A DNA stretch of 64,000 nt from an uncultured Gemmatimonadales bacterium. GTDB lineage: Bacteria; Gemmatimonadota; Gemmatimonadetes; Longimicrobiales; Gaopeijiaceae. The notes beneath the pieces are model-generated. The model worked only from the letters and a program-made list of their open reading frames with translations, was not told the DNA's origin and did not search any database. Position 1 is the stretch's first letter. Each line of letters starts with the position of its first letter. The position numbers and the translations under genes are program-made. Shown in pieces: positions 59,758 to 64,000 of the stretch. The DNA lies in NCBI GenBank assembly GCA_963823035.1, contig CAWGKG010000017.1:192001-256000 (forward strand), written 5' to 3'.

Positions 59758-59767
59758 GGGCGCGAGG

Positions 59768-62680
59768 TCAGTCGGGGCTGCGTACCAGCTCGATGCGAGA
59801 AGGGCCGGACGTCATGGGGAGCTCCGCCCGCCACGGGTAGTCCCAGCTGTTCGTGCGCTCGAGCACGACCGGCGTGCCGTCTTGCACGAGCGCGTACCCG
59901 GTGCCGTACGGCATCGAGATCGAAAGGTGGGTCCGATGCGCGGCGCCCGTCCGGTTCTCGAGCGTGAACGCGATCCGGTCGAGCCCCTTGTCCACCTCGA
60001 TGGGCTCGCCCTCGGCGAAGCCGTCCCGATCGACCTCCAGCCCGAGCCGCCCGGCTCTCCGCCACGGCACGCGCGGGTCGGGAAGCACGGCGTCGAAGCG
60101 CATCCTCACGCCGTCGCGCGGGACCACCGAGAGGGTGCCGCCGGCGTCGGTCCAGGTGGCGCCGTACGCCACCCACCCGAAGATGGGGTCCTTCGTCACG
60201 ACCGTCCGCGCCATGCGCAGCGCCGCCCCGAAGCCGAGGTCGATCTCGCCGTCGTAGTGCCACGGGCCGCGCGGCACCGTCACGCCGCCCGGGTAGCTGG
60301 ACCCCATCCACGCGTTGCCCGCCTTCGCCGACATGAACTGCCACCCCGCGGCGCCGTCGTTCTCCTCCCCCGGATACCAGAAGCCGTAGTTCGACTCGGG
60401 TGTCCCGGTGTTCATCAGCGACCAGGAGCTCAGGTAGGACGCATAGCCGAGCTGGAGCCAGTCGGCGGGGTCGGGCGCGAAGTTCAGCGCGTAGTCCAGC
60501 ACGCTCCAGCCGCCCATGGCGGCCATGTAGCTGAGCGACGGGTCCGCGCCGAGCTGGTGGTAGCTGGTCTCGAGCCACCCCCGCACCACGAGGTTCGCGG
60601 CGAGCTGACGGTCCATGAACGCCCGCGAGTCCTCACGGCGAACCAGCGGATGTGAGTACCACTTCCGCTTCTGCACGTCCCACCAGAGGTGGTCGTCGGG
60701 CCGCATGTCGTGCGTGGCTCCGTACTTGGCGAGCGCGTAGCTCGACTCGAAGGCCGTGCGGTCGAAGGCGTACTCCGAGCGGAACGGGTACAGGTCGTCG
60801 TAGACGAAGTACTTGACCTTCTTCTCCCACTCGGCGCGCAGCTCATCCGCCTGGGCCTGGAAACCCTCATCCTCGAGCGCGTCGATGAGCTTCAGGACCA
60901 TCAGCTCGTTGTACAGCCCCCACTTGTACGTCTCGTAGTAGTCCGGGTAGATCGCGTACGGGTAGGTGAAGAACGCCCGGGCCGTCCCGAACGCGCGCTG
61001 CAGGTAACCCGCCGCGTCGAGGTACGTCGACATCTCCGGGTACATCTTCGCGATCTGGTACATGTGGTAGTACAGCATGATCACGTGCGGGTAGTCGTAG
61101 GAACGCCACACGTGTTCGCGGTCCAGGTCCCGATCCGTGTACGCTGCGCGCCGCTCGGGGGAACGGTCGATGTACCAGTGGGGCGTGCCGTACACACCGT
61201 AGGGGTAGGGCTCCTCCTCGTCGGTCCGCTGGAGCTTCCCCCACACGAAGTGCTCCAGGTAGTACTCGAGCGCGCGGATCTCCCTCCGGTCCGGGTAGAT
61301 CACGTTCTTCGCCGCGAGGAAGGGCGGCTTGCCGAGCCCGGGATCGTCGCAGGTGAGCACGTAGACCATCCGCTCCAGGAAGATGTCCGGATCGTCGATC
61401 GTGCGGGTGACTCCCTCCTTCATGTCGTACGGTCCGAACACGCCGTCCCACCACTTCGTGGTGTCGCGGATCTGCTGCCTGTCGACCAGGAAGGCCGCGC
61501 GCTTGCGGATGAGCGTCTCCAGGGGCTCGGTGGAGAAGAACTCCAGATTCGTCTCGCTCGCGCCGTCGTGGTGGATCGTCAGCAGGTTCTCCCCGAGCTT
61601 CGAGAACGACACTTCCCACAGGTGGACGTCGGGACGAGGCTCCCCCAGGTAGCGGAGCGTGGTGCGGTCCGGGAACTCGGCGGAGATCGAGTCGACGTGC
61701 GCGCGGGTGTGGAGCGAGAACCGCGCGGACAGGCCCCGCGGCACGCTCATGCCCGGCACCACGCGGATGTCGAAGAGGCCTTCCTCGTAGAGGATGCGGC
61801 GCAGCTCGTCGTAGGAATCGGCCCACCGGAAGCGAAAGCCGTAGCGGACGCGGTCCGTCGCCGAGCCCTCGGCACCGAGCGTGAGCGACGTGTTCTCCTG
61901 GCGCCAGGTGCCCGTGGGCACCTGGGCAGCCGCGTGCGCCGAGTGCACGTACAGCGGGCCGCCGCCCCGCCCGCCGCCCGCGAAGTACTCGAGCCCGGTG
62001 CCGGGGAGCGGAGTGACGAGGAGGTAGGGCGGCGCTCCGGACGCGCGCGTATAGAAGAAGAAGGACCCCGCCCCCTCGACGTACGCGTGGCGGAGGAAGC
62101 CCTGTTCGAAGATCGCCTGGGGCGTGGGCCCGGCCGGCCCCGAGGCAGGCACATCGATGCCGACATCCCCCACCGTCAGGGGCGTGGGCCCGGTGGAGGC
62201 CAACTCGATCGTCCAGTCCAGCACCTTTCCGTCCGTCCGGAACGTCTCCGTGGCCAGCAGGGGCCCGTCGCCGCCCCCGCTTCGATACGTGACGGAGCCA
62301 CCCCCGGGATCGGCCTCCCACCCCGCCGTGCGCGGCGGAAGCTCGCGCCAGTCGGATCCTCCGGTGCGGTACGTGACCATGAGGGCGAGCGTACGAGCGC
62401 CGGGCGGGCCCCCGCGTCCCCCGCCCGAGGGCTCCTCCCCGGGACGCGGCGCTACCCGCACCACCAGGGCGCCCCACGGATCGGACGTGCCGCCCAGACC
62501 GGAGATGCCGCGCTCGTCGTAGCTGAAGCGGAAGGCACCCCGCTCGATGGTCCCCGCGGGCTCCTGGGCCACGACGGCTCCTGGACCCCCGACCCCGACG
62601 AGGTACGCCACGAACAGGAGCGAGCGAGCGAGCGTCCGGCACATGGCTCGTAGGGTGCGTCGCCGTTCACACCTCGACAT
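59768..62680 (-). CDS. DUF5695-like large secreted protein (putative carbohydrate-active enzyme)
   Basis: Signal peptide; DIRVVPGMSVP; DDPGLGKPPFLAAKN; RSYDYPHVIMLY; YPFRSEYAFDRTAFES; YDGEIDLG; DPIFGW. Family assignment is from motif recall. Confidence 0.75.
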   Translation of the reverse strand: MSRCERRRTLRAMCRTLARSLLFVAYLVGVGGPGAVVAQEPAGTIERGAFRFSYDERGISGLGGTSDPWGALVVRVAPRPGEEPSGGGRGGPPGARTLALMVTYRTGGSDWRELPPRTAGWEADPGGGSVTYRSGGGDGPLLATETFRTDGKVLDWTIELASTGPTPLTVGDVGIDVPASGPAGPTPQAIFEQGFLRHAYVEGAGSFFFYTRASGAPPYLLVTPLPGTGLEYFAGGGRGGGPLYVHSAHAAAQVPTGTWRQENTSLTLGAEGSATDRVRYGFRFRWADSYDELRRILYEEGLFDIRVVPGMSVPRGLSARFSLHTRAHVDSISAEFPDRTTLRYLGEPRPDVHLWEVSFSKLGENLLTIHHDGASETNLEFFSTEPLETLIRKRAAFLVDRQQIRDTTKWWDGVFGPYDMKEGVTRTIDDPDIFLERMVYVLTCDDPGLGKPPFLAAKNVIYPDRREIRALEYYLEHFVWGKLQRTDEEEPYPYGVYGTPHWYIDRSPERRAAYTDRDLDREHVWRSYDYPHVIMLYYHMYQIAKMYPEMSTYLDAAGYLQRAFGTARAFFTYPYAIYPDYYETYKWGLYNELMVLKLIDALEDEGFQAQADELRAEWEKKVKYFVYDDLYPFRSEYAFDRTAFESSYALAKYGATHDMRPDDHLWWDVQKRKWYSHPLVRREDSRAFMDRQLAANLVVRGWLETSYHQLGADPSLSYMAAMGGWSVLDYALNFAPDPADWLQLGYASYLSSWSLMNTGTPESNYGFWYPGEENDGAAGWQFMSAKAGNAWMGSSYPGGVTVPRGPWHYDGEIDLGFGAALRMARTVVTKDPIFGWVAYGATWTDAGGTLSVVPRDGVRMRFDAVLPDPRVPWRRAGRLGLEVDRDGFAEGEPIEVDKGLDRIAFTLENRTGAAHRTHLSISMPYGTGYALVQDGTPVVLERTNSWDYPWRAELPMTSGPSRIELVRSPD

Positions 62681-62694
62681 CGGCTCCCTCCGCT

Positions 62695-64000
62695 TCAGCC
62701 TCCGGAGACCCACGGCAGCTCCACGAAGCTCGCCTGTCCGGGAGCGTGGTAGACCCGCTGGGTCGCCTTGAGGTAGTCCTCCGGCTTCGCGAAGAAGATG
62801 TTCGGCACGAAGGTCTGTGGGTTGCGGTCGTAGAGGGGGAACCAGCTGGACTGCACCTGCACCATGATGCGATGCCCGGGAAGGAAGACGTGGTTCGCGG
62901 TGGGGAGCGAGAAGCGGTAGAGGAGCGGAGCGTCGGGTGTGAGCGGCTTCGGCGTCTCCAGGCTCTCGCGGTAGCGGCCGCGGAGGATGTCGGCGGCGAC
63001 CATGAGCTGGTAGCCGCCCATCTCGCGGTGGGCCGCGACCTCGGGCGGATAGACGTCGATGAGCTTCACGACCCAGTCGGAGTCGGTGCCGCTCGTGGAC
63101 GCGACCAGGTTCGCCACCGGCCGGCCGCTGATCTTGACGGGTTCGGTCAGCACGTCGGAGACGTAGGCCAGCACGTCGGTCCGTCCCGACTGCTCCCTCT
63201 GGTCGTCGACCAGCCAGAAGGGCCAGGTGCGGTTGCCCACGAACGAAACCGGCTGGATCGGGCGCTTGCGGTACGGCACCGGGTGGGCCGGATCCGACAC
63301 ATACTCGTCGTAAGGGGCCCCGCCGGCGGTCGGCGCGTCCAGGCCGAGCCGGAGGCCGGGCTCCAGATAGAGCGGCGTGGCTTTCGGCGTGCATCCGGCC
63401 GCGCAGCCGGACGGCCACGCGTTCAGCCGCTCCCACCGATCCGTCCCGGTCTCGTACGCGGTGACGGGCGCAACGTCCATCGGCGGCGCGTCGTCCTTCA
63501 GGTAATGCGCCAGGAACGGAGCCAGCACGTGCTGGCGGAACCACAGCGCCGTATCGCTGCCGAAGCGCAGCTCGCCGAGCGTGCTGCCGTCACCGATCTC
63601 CTGACCGTGGTGCCACGGGCCCAGCACCAGGAAGACCTTGTCGTTGGCGGGGTCCTTCGGCTCCAGCGCCCGGTACACCGCCGGCGCGCCGTAGATGTCC
63701 TCCTGGTCCCACAGGCTGTGGACGAGCATGACGGGGATCGCCAGCGGCCGCTTCGCGAGCTCCCGGTCCACCGCCTGGTCCCGCCAGAACGCATCGTAGC
63801 TCGGGTGCGCGATGATCTTCTGCCAGAAGCCGACCTGCTCGAGTCCGCGCTCCCGCCCCAGGGCCCCCGCGGAGCCCCCCTCCATGTACACGTCATAGTC
63901 GTCGAAATGGGTCGTGGGCCACCACACGCTCCCGTCGCGCGTCGCGTCCTGCTCCCAGATGTAGGGCATCATCTGCTGGCGGAACGCGCCGTTGTGGAAC
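62695..64000 (-). CDS. CocE/NonD family hydrolase (alpha-amino acid ester hydrolase-like); 5' part outside window
   Basis: FHNGAFRQ; HPSYDAFW; WDQEDIYG; LGPWHHG; YVSDPAHPVP; DWVVKLIDVYP; GHRIMVQVQSSWFPLYDRNPQ. Confidence 0.95.
   Translation of the reverse strand, partial: FHNGAFRQQMMPYIWEQDATRDGSVWWPTTHFDDYDVYMEGGSAGALGRERGLEQVGFWQKIIAHPSYDAFWRDQAVDRELAKRPLAIPVMLVHSLWDQEDIYGAPAVYRALEPKDPANDKVFLVLGPWHHGQEIGDGSTLGELRFGSDTALWFRQHVLAPFLAHYLKDDAPPMDVAPVTAYETGTDRWERLNAWPSGCAAGCTPKATPLYLEPGLRLGLDAPTAGGAPYDEYVSDPAHPVPYRKRPIQPVSFVGNRTWPFWLVDDQREQSGRTDVLAYVSDVLTEPVKISGRPVANLVASTSGTDSDWVVKLIDVYPPEVAAHREMGGYQLMVAADILRGRYRESLETPKPLTPDAPLLYRFSLPTANHVFLPGHRIMVQVQSSWFPLYDRNPQTFVPNIFFAKPEDYLKATQRVYHAPGQASFVELPWVSGG

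Noticed and set aside
59768..63544. 1258-aa ORF
   Set aside because: The N-terminal ~290 aa overlap the CocE gene in another frame; the real start with a signal peptide is at 62680 or 62644.

Overview
High-GC bacterial chromosomal segment. Gene content and style suggest Gemmatimonadota (inference). About 45 genes, with no rRNA, tRNA, CRISPR array or transposase seen. Roughly half the genes carry 1-nt indels, most likely long-read consensus errors, so many had to be reconstructed across frames. Main points: (1) a five-gene cluster at 11.8-17.7 kb encoding an atypical SGNH protein, a tandem heme-oxygenase-like dimetal oxidase (HDO), a NodU/CmcH carbamoyltransferase, an SxtJ-like membrane protein and an unannotated 43-aa peptide ending in NIYPFF, which resembles the DltX-type Tyr acyl-shuttle motif; (2) a gdh gene followed by two PEP-synthase-like ATP-grasp proteins that lack the pyruvate-binding barrel, one fused to a nucleotidyltransferase domain, a candidate covalent regulatory system; (3) a selenocysteine peroxiredoxin (PrxU) with an in-frame UGA and a SECIS hairpin; (4) a leader peptide plus terminator in front of a MATE pump; (5) a Tat-lipoprotein FMN hydroxy-acid oxidase with a CxxCH motif; (6) a BlaI/M56 pair with operator-like palindromes, divergent from a PDZ/serine-hydrolase operon; (7) hipA preceded by only a remnant of hipB; (8) several small proteins missed by the ORF track.
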